From a candidate division WOR-3 bacterium (GTDB lineage Bacteria > Hydrothermota > Hydrothermia > Hydrothermales > Hydrothermaceae), in NCBI GenBank assembly GCA_039803745.1, contig JBDRZD010000006.1:1-40267 (forward strand): 40,267 nucleotides of DNA, written 5' to 3'. Both the position numbers and the translations under genes were made by a program. The notes below the pieces were generated by a model. It searched no databases and had not been told where the DNA came from. It worked only from the letters and a program-made list of their open reading frames with translations. This document shows positions 1 through 9,079 of this stretch, in pieces (positions within the stretch are counted from its first letter, which is position 1; each line of letters begins with the position of its first letter).

Positions 1-40
1 TAATAAACTTTATAATATATTATCTTCGGGAGGTGAGAGT

Positions 41-823
41 ATGATTGATGCGGTAAAGGCTATATGGATATCATTTTTTATGTCAATACTTTCAGCAATA
101 ATAATATGTTTTTGCTTTTATTTCTTTGTTATGCCAAACCTTCCTCCTCCTGCTTCATGGGGAATAAGTAAGATAAAAGAGACAAAGGAAAAAATAGAGG
201 TTCCAAATTTCATAGGTGTTCATCCTAATCAGGCAAAGATTACCGCAGAAGAAAAAGGACTTTTCATCTCAATTGCAGGAGAAGAAGAAAGTGAAAACTA
301 TCCTGAAGGAGTAATTGTAAGACAAACTCCTTTACCGGGCTCACTTCTGCCCTCTGGTGGTGTTATAAATGTCTATATTGCAAAAAAAATAAAAGAAGAA
401 ATGGTAAAAATTCCCTTTGTAAAGGGTCTTTCCCTTTCAATTGCTCAGAACCAGATAATAAGTGCAGGTCTTACAATTGATAAAATTGAAAACATTAATT
501 CTGATTCAATTCCCAAAGGACATGTCATAAAAACTCTGCCACCTGAAGGAAGCCCTGTTCAAAAGAATACTCCAATAACAATTTTTGTAAGTTCCGGTGC
601 CCAACTTGTCACTGTTCCAAATCTTATTGGAAAATATTTTCCTGGTGCTTTAACTTTACTTGAGGAAAGAGGACTTGATGCAGGAAGAGTAAAAAGGGTT
701 CTTTCAACAGAGCATCCTGAAAATATGATAATAGACCAGAATCCTAAACCTGGTGAGAAAGTTCAAAAGGGAACAAAGGTGAATATAGTTGTGGCAACTG
801 TGGAAGAAGAGATTCGTTATTAA
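41..823 (+). CDS. Membrane-anchored protein with three PASTA domains
   Basis: N-terminal hydrophobic helix, then three 'VPN(F/L)IG...G.(V/I)I.(Q/T).P.(P/E)G' PASTA-type repeats. GGAGGTG RBS lies upstream. No kinase domain. Confidence 0.9.
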   Translation: MIDAVKAIWISFFMSILSAIIICFCFYFFVMPNLPPPASWGISKIKETKEKIEVPNFIGVHPNQAKITAEEKGLFISIAGEEESENYPEGVIVRQTPLPGSLLPSGGVINVYIAKKIKEEMVKIPFVKGLSLSIAQNQIISAGLTIDKIENINSDSIPKGHVIKTLPPEGSPVQKNTPITIFVSSGAQLVTVPNLIGKYFPGALTLLEERGLDAGRVKRVLSTEHPENMIIDQNPKPGEKVQKGTKVNIVVATVEEEIRY

Positions 824-1934
824 AAGAATAGATCTTCATATATTAAAATCTTTTCTTATAAATTTTATAGGTGCAAATTTATTTTTATTAATGATTTTAC
901 TTTTAGATAAACTTTTTGATATAGCAGACCTTTTAATTAAAAAAAATGTTCCGCCTCTTGAAGTTTTAAAAATTATAATTTTTTCTCTTCCTTTTATGAT
1001 AGCACTCACGGTTCCAATGTCACTCCTTGTTGCCTCAATCTCTTTATATGGAAGATATGCACAGGATTTTGAATTAATAGGATATTCTTCATGCGGGATT
1101 TCTCTTGTAAGGGTTTCAAGAGCCCCCCTTTTATTTTCAATAATCCTTTTTATAATTATGTTTTTTTTCAATTCCTATACAGTTCCTGAAAGCAATCATA
1201 GATTAAAAAATCTCTTGTTTGATATATACCAGAAAAAGCCTGCCATGAGTTTAAAAGCAGGTATTTTTAATGAAATTGACAATTATAAAATATATATAGG
1301 TGAAAAGGATGAGAGGAATTCTTTCTTAAAGGATGTAAAGATAAATGAAAAGAAAGAGGATGGATATAGAATAATTATTGCTCAAAAGGGTAAAATCTTC
1401 ACTCAAAAGGATGAATTCATTATTTTAGAACTTGAAAATGGTTTTATTCAGGAAATTGGTAAGGAAAAAGAGGTTTTGAGGAAACTTGATTTTGAAAAGT
1501 ATAGGATTAAAATACCAATTGAAAAAGAAAAGGTAAGGGAGATAAGGGTTTCAAGAAGTGACAGGGAAATGAATATAAAAATGATGTTGAGGGAAATAAA
1601 AAAATTAAAAAAATTACTTGAAAAGGAAAAAAATAATAAATATATTAAACTGCAAATCCAAAGACTTTTTGTTGAACTCCATAAAAAATTAGCAATTCCT
1701 TTTGCAGGAATAGTTTTTGTTTTAATAGGAATAGGAGTGGCAAAAAGATTTGGTAGAGGAGGATATGGAACTGCCTTTGGTATAAGCCTTTTTATATTCA
1801 CTTTTTATTATATATGCCTTGTTGGGGGCGAAGAACTTGCAGATGCTGGAAAACTCGCACCCTGGATAGCAGTTTGGTTTCCAAACATAATTTCACTAAT
1901 AGCAGGAATCGTTTTAATTAAAAAATATAACTGA
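789..1934 (+). CDS. lptF: LptF/LptG family LPS export permease (start uncertain)
   Basis: 'IDLHILKSF' N-terminus, 'PMSLL..S...GR...D.E.....S.G.S' motif, periplasmic beta-jellyroll region, 'ELHKKLAIPFA' and C-terminal 'PWIAVWFPN'. Confidence 0.85.
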   Translation: MWQLWKKRFVIKRIDLHILKSFLINFIGANLFLLMILLLDKLFDIADLLIKKNVPPLEVLKIIIFSLPFMIALTVPMSLLVASISLYGRYAQDFELIGYSSCGISLVRVSRAPLLFSIILFIIMFFFNSYTVPESNHRLKNLLFDIYQKKPAMSLKAGIFNEIDNYKIYIGEKDERNSFLKDVKINEKKEDGYRIIIAQKGKIFTQKDEFIILELENGFIQEIGKEKEVLRKLDFEKYRIKIPIEKEKVREIRVSRSDREMNIKMMLREIKKLKKLLEKEKNNKYIKLQIQRLFVELHKKLAIPFAGIVFVLIGIGVAKRFGRGGYGTAFGISLFIFTFYYICLVGGEELADAGKLAPWIAVWFPNIISLIAGIVLIKKYN

Positions 1935-1963
1935 CAAAATTGTCATAAAATACAAATTTGTCG
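1932..1963. promoter_or_regulatory. Tandem palindromic sites, putative upstream activator sequences for a sigma54 enhancer-binding protein
   Basis: TGACAAAATTGTCA (1932-1945, near-perfect palindrome) and ATACAAATTTGTCG (1950-1963), 18 bp apart and about 45-75 bp upstream of a -24/-12 motif. Confidence 0.6.
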
Positions 1964-2007
1964 TTTTTCAAAAAATAAAAATTATTGATTTTCAATAATT
2001 TTTTCTC

Positions 2008-2024
2008 TGGCACAAATTTTTCAT
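2008..2024 (+). promoter_or_regulatory. Sigma54 -24/-12 promoter with variant -12 (TTTCA)
   Basis: TGGCAC-AAAT-TTTCAT, with GG at 2009-2010 and TC instead of GC at 2021-2022. It precedes a GGAGGTG RBS and the ATG at 2052, and an NtrC-family activator is encoded downstream. Confidence 0.65.
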
Positions 2025-2051
2025 ATATGTAATTGGAAAAGGAGGTGAAAA

Positions 2052-2774
2052 ATGAAAAAAATCTTAACACTGATAACACTTGTGATGGGGAGTCTACCCT
2101 CACAAGAGATGGAGATAAAAGGAGAGGTAGTAAAAAGTTATGAGATTCTTTCGCCCTCAGATAATATAAATATGGTAGCCCTTGAGATAAAAACAGAAAA
2201 AGGTGAAATAATCACTGCGCACTTATGTCCTCCATGGTTTCTGAATGCAGATTTTCAAAAAGGTGAAAAAATTACTCTAATAGGAAAATATACCTATCAA
2301 AATGTTTTCATGGTAAGGGAGATGGTCAGGAATAATGTAAGAGTGAGAATAAGGGATGAATCAGATAATCCATTATGGATAAGAACAAGAATTCGGGCAA
2401 GATATTGTTTTTATAATCCTCAAACAGAAACTTATTTAAAAGGAAAAATTGAGGAAGTATATCTTGTCTCACCATCTCTTTTGATGGAAGCAAATGTCAA
2501 ACTTGAAAATGGAGAGATTGTCAGAGTGAGACTTGCTCCAAGTTGGTATTTACAGAATAGAATAAAGGTTGGTGATGAAATAGAATTGAGGGGTTCAGAA
2601 ATAAGATTTGACAGTGAAAGGATGATTCTCGCAAGAGAAATGAGGAATTTAAGAACAAAAGAAATGATTTCACTAAGGGATATGCAGGGTTTTCCAATGT
2701 GGGCTGGAAGAATGCAAGGAAAAGGATATGGACACGGAAAAGAGTATTCTCCTAAAAGAAAAAGAAAATGGTAA
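2052..2774 (+). CDS. Secreted protein with two tandem OB-fold-like repeats (MamS/MamX-like 'L.P.W(F/Y)L...RD...P.W' family)
   Basis: Signal peptide and two repeats: 'HLCPPWFL...KGEKITLIG...VREM...RDESDNPLW' and 'RLAPSWYL...GDEIELRGS...AREM...RDMQGFPMW'. Basic Gly-rich tail and strong RBS. Confidence 0.7.
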   Translation: MKKILTLITLVMGSLPSQEMEIKGEVVKSYEILSPSDNINMVALEIKTEKGEIITAHLCPPWFLNADFQKGEKITLIGKYTYQNVFMVREMVRNNVRVRIRDESDNPLWIRTRIRARYCFYNPQTETYLKGKIEEVYLVSPSLLMEANVKLENGEIVRVRLAPSWYLQNRIKVGDEIELRGSEIRFDSERMILAREMRNLRTKEMISLRDMQGFPMWAGRMQGKGYGHGKEYSPKRKRKW

Positions 2775-2837
2775 AACTAAGGGGGAAAAGGGGGGTATAT
2801 TCCCCTCCCCCTTTATTTAAAAAAGAAAATGGTAAAA
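2759..2837. repeat. 18-bp direct repeat flanking the stem-loop
   Basis: AAAAAGAAAATGGTAAAA at 2759-2776 and 2820-2837. Confidence 0.85.
2779..2818 (+). terminator. GC-rich stem-loop (terminator-like or mRNA-stabilising)
   Basis: AAGGGGGA...GGGG-loop-CCCC-TCCCCCTT followed by TATTT, directly after the stop at 2774. Confidence 0.55.
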
Positions 2838-3794
2838 TTATTGTTGTTAATTTTATCTGCTTTTAATAACATTTCTCTTTCTTCAGAGATTACTGATAAT
2901 TTGAGACTCTTAAATAGGAAGGATGAAGGGAATGTGCTCAATCTCAAAGGATATATTCAGAAAGATGCCTTTTTAAATTTTGAAAATGAAACAAACCTTT
3001 ACCTCATAAACTTTGATGAATATTCCTTAATTTTTGAAAATTTACTTTATATATCAAAAACATTCTTCTTTAAAAATCTTGGTAATAGAAACAAAATATT
3101 TATAAATTTGAACATATTCTATCCACCTAACTATGAAATTTATAAAAACACAAAATTTACCTTTGGGAACGATCTTGAAGTTTTTTTCAAAAATAAATAT
3201 CTTTTATCAATAAATCCTGAATTTCTTCAAAAAATTTATTCAAATGAAATTTTTGAAAGGCAGAATGAAATTCACATAAAATCTTCATTATCAATTCCTA
3301 TGCCCTTTTTCTTTTTGATCCTGAATTTTTCACCAGGAATCAAAAGTTTAAAAGATGAAAACTTTTATATGTATGAAATAAATTATAATTTTGATTTCCC
3401 TTTGACTCTTGATTTCTCAATTTTTCTCTTAATGGGATACAAATATTCAGAATCTCAATTATTACCTTTCCCTGATTCTCTTGCAGAGGATCCTTTTTTT
3501 GAAGAGGATATTATAAAAATTGAAAAATATATAAATTTAAAATTGATAAAAAATTTCTGGGATAAAGGACTTGAGATAAATCTTTTATCAGGATTTTCTG
3601 AAAGAGGTTTTATTCCCTTTTCAAATTTTAAAAGAAAGGATAAAAAAATTGAGAATCAAATTTATATATCAAAATTTTTTAAAAACCAATTGATTTTAAA
3701 TTTTGGATTTAAAAATATAATGAATTTCTCAAACATTGAATATTTTGATTATACAAAGAATGCCTTTGAAATAAGAATTGGTTTGATTTTTTAA
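2829..3794 (+). CDS. Hypothetical protein, probable outer-membrane beta-barrel
   Basis: Short signal-like N-terminus, aromatic-rich alternating beta-strand pattern, and a C-terminal 'FEIRIGLIF' ending in Phe (BAM-type signal). Confidence 0.55.
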   Translation: MVKLLLLILSAFNNISLSSEITDNLRLLNRKDEGNVLNLKGYIQKDAFLNFENETNLYLINFDEYSLIFENLLYISKTFFFKNLGNRNKIFINLNIFYPPNYEIYKNTKFTFGNDLEVFFKNKYLLSINPEFLQKIYSNEIFERQNEIHIKSSLSIPMPFFFLILNFSPGIKSLKDENFYMYEINYNFDFPLTLDFSIFLLMGYKYSESQLLPFPDSLAEDPFFEEDIIKIEKYINLKLIKNFWDKGLEINLLSGFSERGFIPFSNFKRKDKKIENQIYISKFFKNQLILNFGFKNIMNFSNIEYFDYTKNAFEIRIGLIF

Positions 3795-3811
3795 GAAATT
3801 TTTGGTATAAT
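3783..3811 (+). promoter_or_regulatory. Sigma70 promoter with extended -10, predicting a leaderless kinase mRNA
   Basis: TTGATT-N17-TATAAT with TG at 3803-3804. The ATG at 3818 follows the -10 box after 6 nt and there is no SD. Confidence 0.6.
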
Positions 3812-3817
3812 TTTAAA

Positions 3818-5260
3818 ATGAAAAGAATTTTTTTAAATTTAGGAATTTTTTTAGTCTTTATTTTATTTTTATTATTTTTAAACTTTGTAGTCCAGCAAAA
3901 TATTGAAAATCTTTATATAAATAATTATAAAACAAATTTCAATTTACTCTCTTTTTTAATAAAGGATTATATTGAAAAAGATGAAAAATCAAGAGAAGAA
4001 AAAATAAAAAAGATAAAGGAAAATATAATATCTGGAATAAAAAATAAAAAGAAAATTGAAGAATTTGTTGACAATTATTTTGTGCAGGGAATATGGTTTA
4101 TAAAGAATGAAAATATAAAAGGCTTTTCCCTTTACCCCCAGTTTGAAGAAGAAATTTTATCTTTTTATAAATTAAACATAAAAGGGAAAAATGCGAGCAC
4201 CCTTTTAAAAGTTGATAAAATTACCTTTTTGGTTTCAAATTTTCATTTAGACACAATTGATATCCTTGTTCTTTCAGAAGAAAAGGGAGTCTCAACAATA
4301 GAGATAAATGAGATATTCAGTGCTATCCTCCCAGTTTCAGAAATTGTTTATTTCTCTGTTTTAGATAGATCAAGAAATCCCGTTATATTTTTCTCACTTT
4401 TTGAAGATTTCTTACCACTTAAAGGTGAAGGAAGTTATTCAATAAACACTCCTGCAGGTGAAATTTATCATATTGAAAAAAAGTTTAGTGATAAAAATTT
4501 TGTAATTGGCTATTCTTTAAAAAAATTAAAAGATTTTAAATTTAAAACCTCGTTATTTTTGATTTTCTTAATATTGTTTTTTGGTTTTCTTCAAACTTTT
4601 ATTTTTTATGAAATGTTAAGGTTTGAAAAACTCAAAATAAAAAAAGATAAGGAAATAGAACATTTAAAGGAAATGGCAGCAATTTCTTCAGGTTTTAGTC
4701 ATGAAATAAAGAATTCATTAAATGCCTTGGCACTTTTATCAAAAAATTTAGAAGGGGAATATAAAGAGATATTTGAAGATGAAATTGAAAGAATAAAAAG
4801 AATCATAAGTTCAATAAGTATTCTTGGAAAATATGAGATAGAAAAAAAGAAAATCAACATTAAAGAAATAATAAAAGAATCTTTAGATTTTTTAAAGGAA
4901 GAAACAAAAAATTTAAAAGTAATTACGGAATTAAAAGAAAATGAAACAGTTTGTGGAGATAGAAATTTACTTTTTATTGCCTTTAATAATATAATAAAAA
5001 ATAGTTTTGAAGCAAATGCAAAAATTTTAAAGATATGGACTCAGAAAAAAGGAAATTATAGAGTTATAAATTTTATGGATGACGGGGTAAAGGTGTCTTA
5101 TGATAAAATTGATAAAATATTTAATCCTTTTTTCTCAACAAAGGGAAAAACAGGATTAGGATTGTATCTTGTCAAAAAGATAATTGAAATCCATGAAGGT
5201 AAAATTGAATTTATACAAAAAAATGAAAAGATTTTTAAAATATACTTAAAAGATGGGTAA
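3818..5260 (+). CDS. Membrane sensor histidine kinase
   Basis: Two TM segments flank a periplasmic domain. H-box 'SHEIKNSL', N-box 'NIIKNSFEA', 'DDG', and F/G2 boxes 'FNPFFSTKGKTGLGL'. Confidence 0.93.
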   Translation: MKRIFLNLGIFLVFILFLLFLNFVVQQNIENLYINNYKTNFNLLSFLIKDYIEKDEKSREEKIKKIKENIISGIKNKKKIEEFVDNYFVQGIWFIKNENIKGFSLYPQFEEEILSFYKLNIKGKNASTLLKVDKITFLVSNFHLDTIDILVLSEEKGVSTIEINEIFSAILPVSEIVYFSVLDRSRNPVIFFSLFEDFLPLKGEGSYSINTPAGEIYHIEKKFSDKNFVIGYSLKKLKDFKFKTSLFLIFLILFFGFLQTFIFYEMLRFEKLKIKKDKEIEHLKEMAAISSGFSHEIKNSLNALALLSKNLEGEYKEIFEDEIERIKRIISSISILGKYEIEKKKINIKEIIKESLDFLKEETKNLKVITELKENETVCGDRNLLFIAFNNIIKNSFEANAKILKIWTQKKGNYRVINFMDDGVKVSYDKIDKIFNPFFSTKGKTGLGLYLVKKIIEIHEGKIEFIQKNEKIFKIYLKDG

Positions 5261-6605
5261 AATACTTATTGTTGATGATGAAAAAAATCAAAGACTGCTT
5301 TTAAGAAAATTACTTGAAAGGGAAGGTTATTCTGTAATAGAGGCTGAAAATGGTGAAGAGGCAATCAGAAAAACAAGAGAAGAGGAGCCAGAAATTATAT
5401 TACTTGATCAAAAATTGCCTGATATCCAAGGTATAGAAATTCTTACAAATATAAAGGAAATTAACCCCTTAATTCCTGTAATAATCATAACTGCCTATGG
5501 AGAAATAAAGGATGCGGTTGAAGCAATGAGAAAAGGAGCCTTTTATTATTTAACAAAGCCTGTTAATCCTGATGAATTAATTCTTCTTATTAAAAAGGCT
5601 TTTGAAAATTTAGGCATTCAAAGAGAAGTTGAAGGATTAAAAAGGATTATAGAAGAAAAATATTCTTTTAATAAACTCATATATGTTTCGGATAAAATGA
5701 AAGAAATAATGGATATTGTGATAAAGGCTTCAAAAAGTGATGCAAATGTTTTAATAACCGGTGAAAGTGGAACTGGAAAAGAACTGATTGCAGGAGCAAT
5801 ACATTATTTTTCAAAAAGGAAAAACGAGAAATTTGTTCCAGTTGATATTTCAGCAATTCCAGAAACTCTTGTTGAAGCAGAATTGTTTGGCTATGAAAAA
5901 GGGGCATTTACTGGTGCAGAAAGAAGAAGAATTGGAAAGTTTGAATTTGCTTCAAAAGGAACAATATTTTTAGATGAAATAGGAAACCTTCCTCTTTCTT
6001 TACAGGCTAAACTTTTAAGGGTTATTGAAGAAAAAAAAATAACAAGGATTGGTTCAAATGAAGAAATACCTGTTGATGTTAGAATAATAAGTGCGACCAA
6101 CAAAAATATTGAAGAAGAAGTTAAAAAGGGCAATTTTAGAGAAGATTTGTATTACAGATTAAATGTAATAAGAATACATTTACCTCCTTTAAGAGAAAGA
6201 AAGGAGGATATACCAGTTTTAACTCAGCATTTCTTAAAAATTTATTCAAAAAGAGAAAATAAAAGAATAAAAGGAATAACTGATGAGGCATTAAAAATTT
6301 TGATGGAATATAATTTCCCAGGAAATGTAAGGGAACTTGAAAATATAATTGAAAGAGGGGTTGTGCTTTGTGATGATGAATATATTAAAAAAGAACATTT
6401 ATCTTTAATTATAAATAAGGAAATAGATTATAAAAAGACTGGCAAACTTTTGGAAACGATTGAAAAAATAGAAAGGGAAATGATAATAGAGGCACTTAGA
6501 AAAAATAATTGGGTTCAAGTAAAGGCAGCAGAGGAACTTGGGATTTCTGAAAGAGTATTAAGGTATAAAATGAAAAAATATAAAATAGAAAAGGAGAGAA
6601 CATGA
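5253..6605 (+). CDS. Sigma54-dependent NtrC/AtoC/ZraR-family response regulator (REC-AAA+-Fis HTH)
   Basis: REC 'VDDE...LLDQKLP', Walker A 'GESGTGKE', 'GAFTGA', 'FLDEI', 'FREDLYYRL', 'FPGNVREL' and a C-terminal HTH. Confidence 0.97.
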   Translation: MGKILIVDDEKNQRLLLRKLLEREGYSVIEAENGEEAIRKTREEEPEIILLDQKLPDIQGIEILTNIKEINPLIPVIIITAYGEIKDAVEAMRKGAFYYLTKPVNPDELILLIKKAFENLGIQREVEGLKRIIEEKYSFNKLIYVSDKMKEIMDIVIKASKSDANVLITGESGTGKELIAGAIHYFSKRKNEKFVPVDISAIPETLVEAELFGYEKGAFTGAERRRIGKFEFASKGTIFLDEIGNLPLSLQAKLLRVIEEKKITRIGSNEEIPVDVRIISATNKNIEEEVKKGNFREDLYYRLNVIRIHLPPLRERKEDIPVLTQHFLKIYSKRENKRIKGITDEALKILMEYNFPGNVRELENIIERGVVLCDDEYIKKEHLSLIINKEIDYKKTGKLLETIEKIEREMIIEALRKNNWVQVKAAEELGISERVLRYKMKKYKIEKERT

Positions 6606-7600
6606 ACTTCATAAAACTTTCTCATGGGAGTGGGGGAAAAATGACAAAGGATTTAATAGAGAAATTATTTTTACCATTTTTAAAAAATGAATATCTTGAA
6701 AAACTTCATGACTCTGCTGTATTTGAAATTGATGGTAAAAGATTTGCATTTACAACAGATTCCTATGTGGTTTCACCAATATTTTTTCCTGGAGGAGACA
6801 TTGGCAAACTTGCAGTTTATGGAACTGTTAATGATCTTTCAATGGCTGGTGCAAAACCTCTATTTATCTCTCTTTCTTTAATAATTGAAGAGGGTTTTGC
6901 GATCGAAAAACTTGAAATTATAATGAAATCAATAAAAGAGGCAAGTGAGAGAGCAAAAGTTTTGGTCATAACAGGTGATACAAAGGTTGTTGAAAAAGGA
7001 AAGGGAGACGAAATTTATATAAATACATCAGGAATAGGAATTATAGAACACAATTTAGATATTTCGCCTTATTCTGTTAAACCGGGTGATAAGATAATAA
7101 TAAATGGGCCGATAGGAATGCACGGAATTGCTGTAATGATAGAAAGGGAAAATCTAAAAATTGAAGGAGTTAAATCAGATACACAACCATTAAATTTTAT
7201 AATACAAAAATTGATTGAAGAAAATATAGAAATTCATTGCCTTAGAGATCCAACAAGAGGAGGAGTTGCGACATCGTTAAATGAGATTGCTGAAAAATCA
7301 AAAACAGAAATTTTAATATATGAGGAGAAAATTCCTGTAAAAGAAGAGGTTATAGGTGCATGCGAAATACTCGGTATTGACCCCCTCTATGTGGCAAATG
7401 AAGGTAAATTTTTACTTTTTTTACCTCCTTATGATGTTGAGAGGGCAATTAAAATAATTAAAGAATTTGAAGAGGGTAAAGAAGCAGAGATTATAGGTGA
7501 AGTAAAAGAAGGAAATGGAAAAGTTTTTATAGAGACAAAAATAGGGGCAAGAAGGATTTTAGATATCCCAAGGGGTGAGATATTGCCAAGGATATGTTAA
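6602..7600 (+). CDS. hypE: Hydrogenase maturation carbamoyl dehydratase HypE
   Basis: 'HGSGG', 'FTTDSYVVSPIFFPGGDIGKLAVYGTVND', 'RDPTRGG', 'ANEG' and C-terminal PRIC. Confidence 0.97.
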   Translation: MNFIKLSHGSGGKMTKDLIEKLFLPFLKNEYLEKLHDSAVFEIDGKRFAFTTDSYVVSPIFFPGGDIGKLAVYGTVNDLSMAGAKPLFISLSLIIEEGFAIEKLEIIMKSIKEASERAKVLVITGDTKVVEKGKGDEIYINTSGIGIIEHNLDISPYSVKPGDKIIINGPIGMHGIAVMIERENLKIEGVKSDTQPLNFIIQKLIEENIEIHCLRDPTRGGVATSLNEIAEKSKTEILIYEEKIPVKEEVIGACEILGIDPLYVANEGKFLLFLPPYDVERAIKIIKEFEEGKEAEIIGEVKEGNGKVFIETKIGARRILDIPRGEILPRIC

Positions 7601-7644
7601 ATTCAGTATAATACAGATGTTTTAAGAATCTATAAGGGAGGTGG

Positions 7645-9054
7645 ATGGTGAGGACTTTATTATTTAATGGTGTAATCCTCATAGTTATCTCCTATATGAT
7701 TTTTACTGGCTGTCACAAAAAAAATTCTCCTCCGGATACACCATCAACACCTTCTGGACCTTCAAGTGGCACTATAAACACTTCTTATTCTTTTTCCTCT
7801 TCAGCAACAGATCCTGAAGATGATGATATTGCAATTAGGTTTGACTGGGGTGATGGCAATATATCTTCCTGGAGTTCCTATGTGGCATCAGGAAATAATG
7901 TGATAATGAGTCATTCATGGTCAAACCCTGGCACTTATTATATAAAAGCACAAGCAAAGGATATAAAAGGGAATGTTTCCGACTGGTCACAGGCACATCA
8001 GATTGTAATTTCATCAGGTGGAGGTGGTGGCACACTTAAATGGACATTTCAAACAGGAGGTATTGTAAGTTCTCCTGCAATAGGTGAAGATGGCACTATA
8101 TATATAGGCACAAGCGATGGTAAGATCTACGCAATAAATCCAGATGGCACCCAGAAATGGAGTTGGGAAAACGGAGGAGGTAAGTATGCTCCTGTAATAG
8201 GTAAGGATGGCACTATTTATGCGAGTGGATTTAGTACAGAATTTTATGCAATAAATCCTGATGGCACTACAAAATGGTCATTGCACCACTTTGCCTTTCC
8301 ATCTTCTCCTCCTGCAATAGGTGCTGATGGCACCATCTATTTAAGTTATGATGACACTACTTTATATGCAATAACTCCTGATGGTTATCCAAAATGGGGG
8401 ATTGCATTACCAGAAGGTTACCTTGCAATAGATGTTAATGGTACTATATATGTAGCCTCGCGTAATGGTAAACTCTATGCAGTAAATCCTAATGGAACCA
8501 TAAAAGACTCCTTTATAATAAGTAATTCAGGATTATGCTCTATTGCTATAGGTGGTGATGGAACTATCTATGTGGGCTCAAAGGATCATAAAGTTTATGC
8601 AATAAACCCTGATGGAACAATAAAATGGTCATTTCTAACAGGAGGAGAGGTATGGTCATCTCCTGCTATAGGGGCTGACGGCACTATCTATGTAGGCTCA
8701 GATGATTATAAGGTATATGCAATAAACCCTGATGGAACACTCAAATGGACATTTCTAACCGGTTTCTCGGTAGTTTCTTCTCCTGCAATAGCAGATGATG
8801 GCACTATTTATGTTGGCTCAAGTGATAGTAAACTTTATGCAATAAATTCTGATGGCACACTTAAGTGGGAGTTTATGGCAGAACTGAGTATAAACTCTTC
8901 TCCTGCAATAGGCAGTGATGGAACTGTTTATGTAGGTTCAGATGATTGCAAACTTTATGCAATCTATGGCTCATCACCTTTAGCCTCTACACCCTGGCCA
9001 ATGATTCATCATGACCTGAAACACACGAGCAGGGTTGGTGGAGGTTCGTTTTAG
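7645..9054 (+). CDS. Lipoprotein with PKD-like domain and PQQ-like (BamB-type) beta-propeller repeats
   Basis: Lipobox 'FTGC', 'ATDPEDDDIAIRFDWGDG...HSW..PG.Y' PKD-like domain, about 8 repeats of 'SSPAIG.DGTIYVGS.D.K.YAINPDGT.KW', and 'PWPM..HD..HT' closure. Confidence 0.9.
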   Translation: MVRTLLFNGVILIVISYMIFTGCHKKNSPPDTPSTPSGPSSGTINTSYSFSSSATDPEDDDIAIRFDWGDGNISSWSSYVASGNNVIMSHSWSNPGTYYIKAQAKDIKGNVSDWSQAHQIVISSGGGGGTLKWTFQTGGIVSSPAIGEDGTIYIGTSDGKIYAINPDGTQKWSWENGGGKYAPVIGKDGTIYASGFSTEFYAINPDGTTKWSLHHFAFPSSPPAIGADGTIYLSYDDTTLYAITPDGYPKWGIALPEGYLAIDVNGTIYVASRNGKLYAVNPNGTIKDSFIISNSGLCSIAIGGDGTIYVGSKDHKVYAINPDGTIKWSFLTGGEVWSSPAIGADGTIYVGSDDYKVYAINPDGTLKWTFLTGFSVVSSPAIADDGTIYVGSSDSKLYAINSDGTLKWEFMAELSINSSPAIGSDGTVYVGSDDCKLYAIYGSSPLASTPWPMIHHDLKHTSRVGGGSF

Positions 9055-9079
9055 ATAAAAAATGTAATCAAAAATTTTA

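Noticed and set aside
2052..2774. Magnetosome gene interpretation of the MamS/MamX-like protein
   Set aside because: There are no mam/mad genes or CxxCH magnetochrome motifs nearby, and the fold also occurs in non-magnetotactic bacteria.
8030..8970. Regular ~120-bp repeats as a CRISPR array or DGR
   Set aside because: They are in-frame beta-propeller blades. There are no unique spacers, cas genes or reverse transcriptase.
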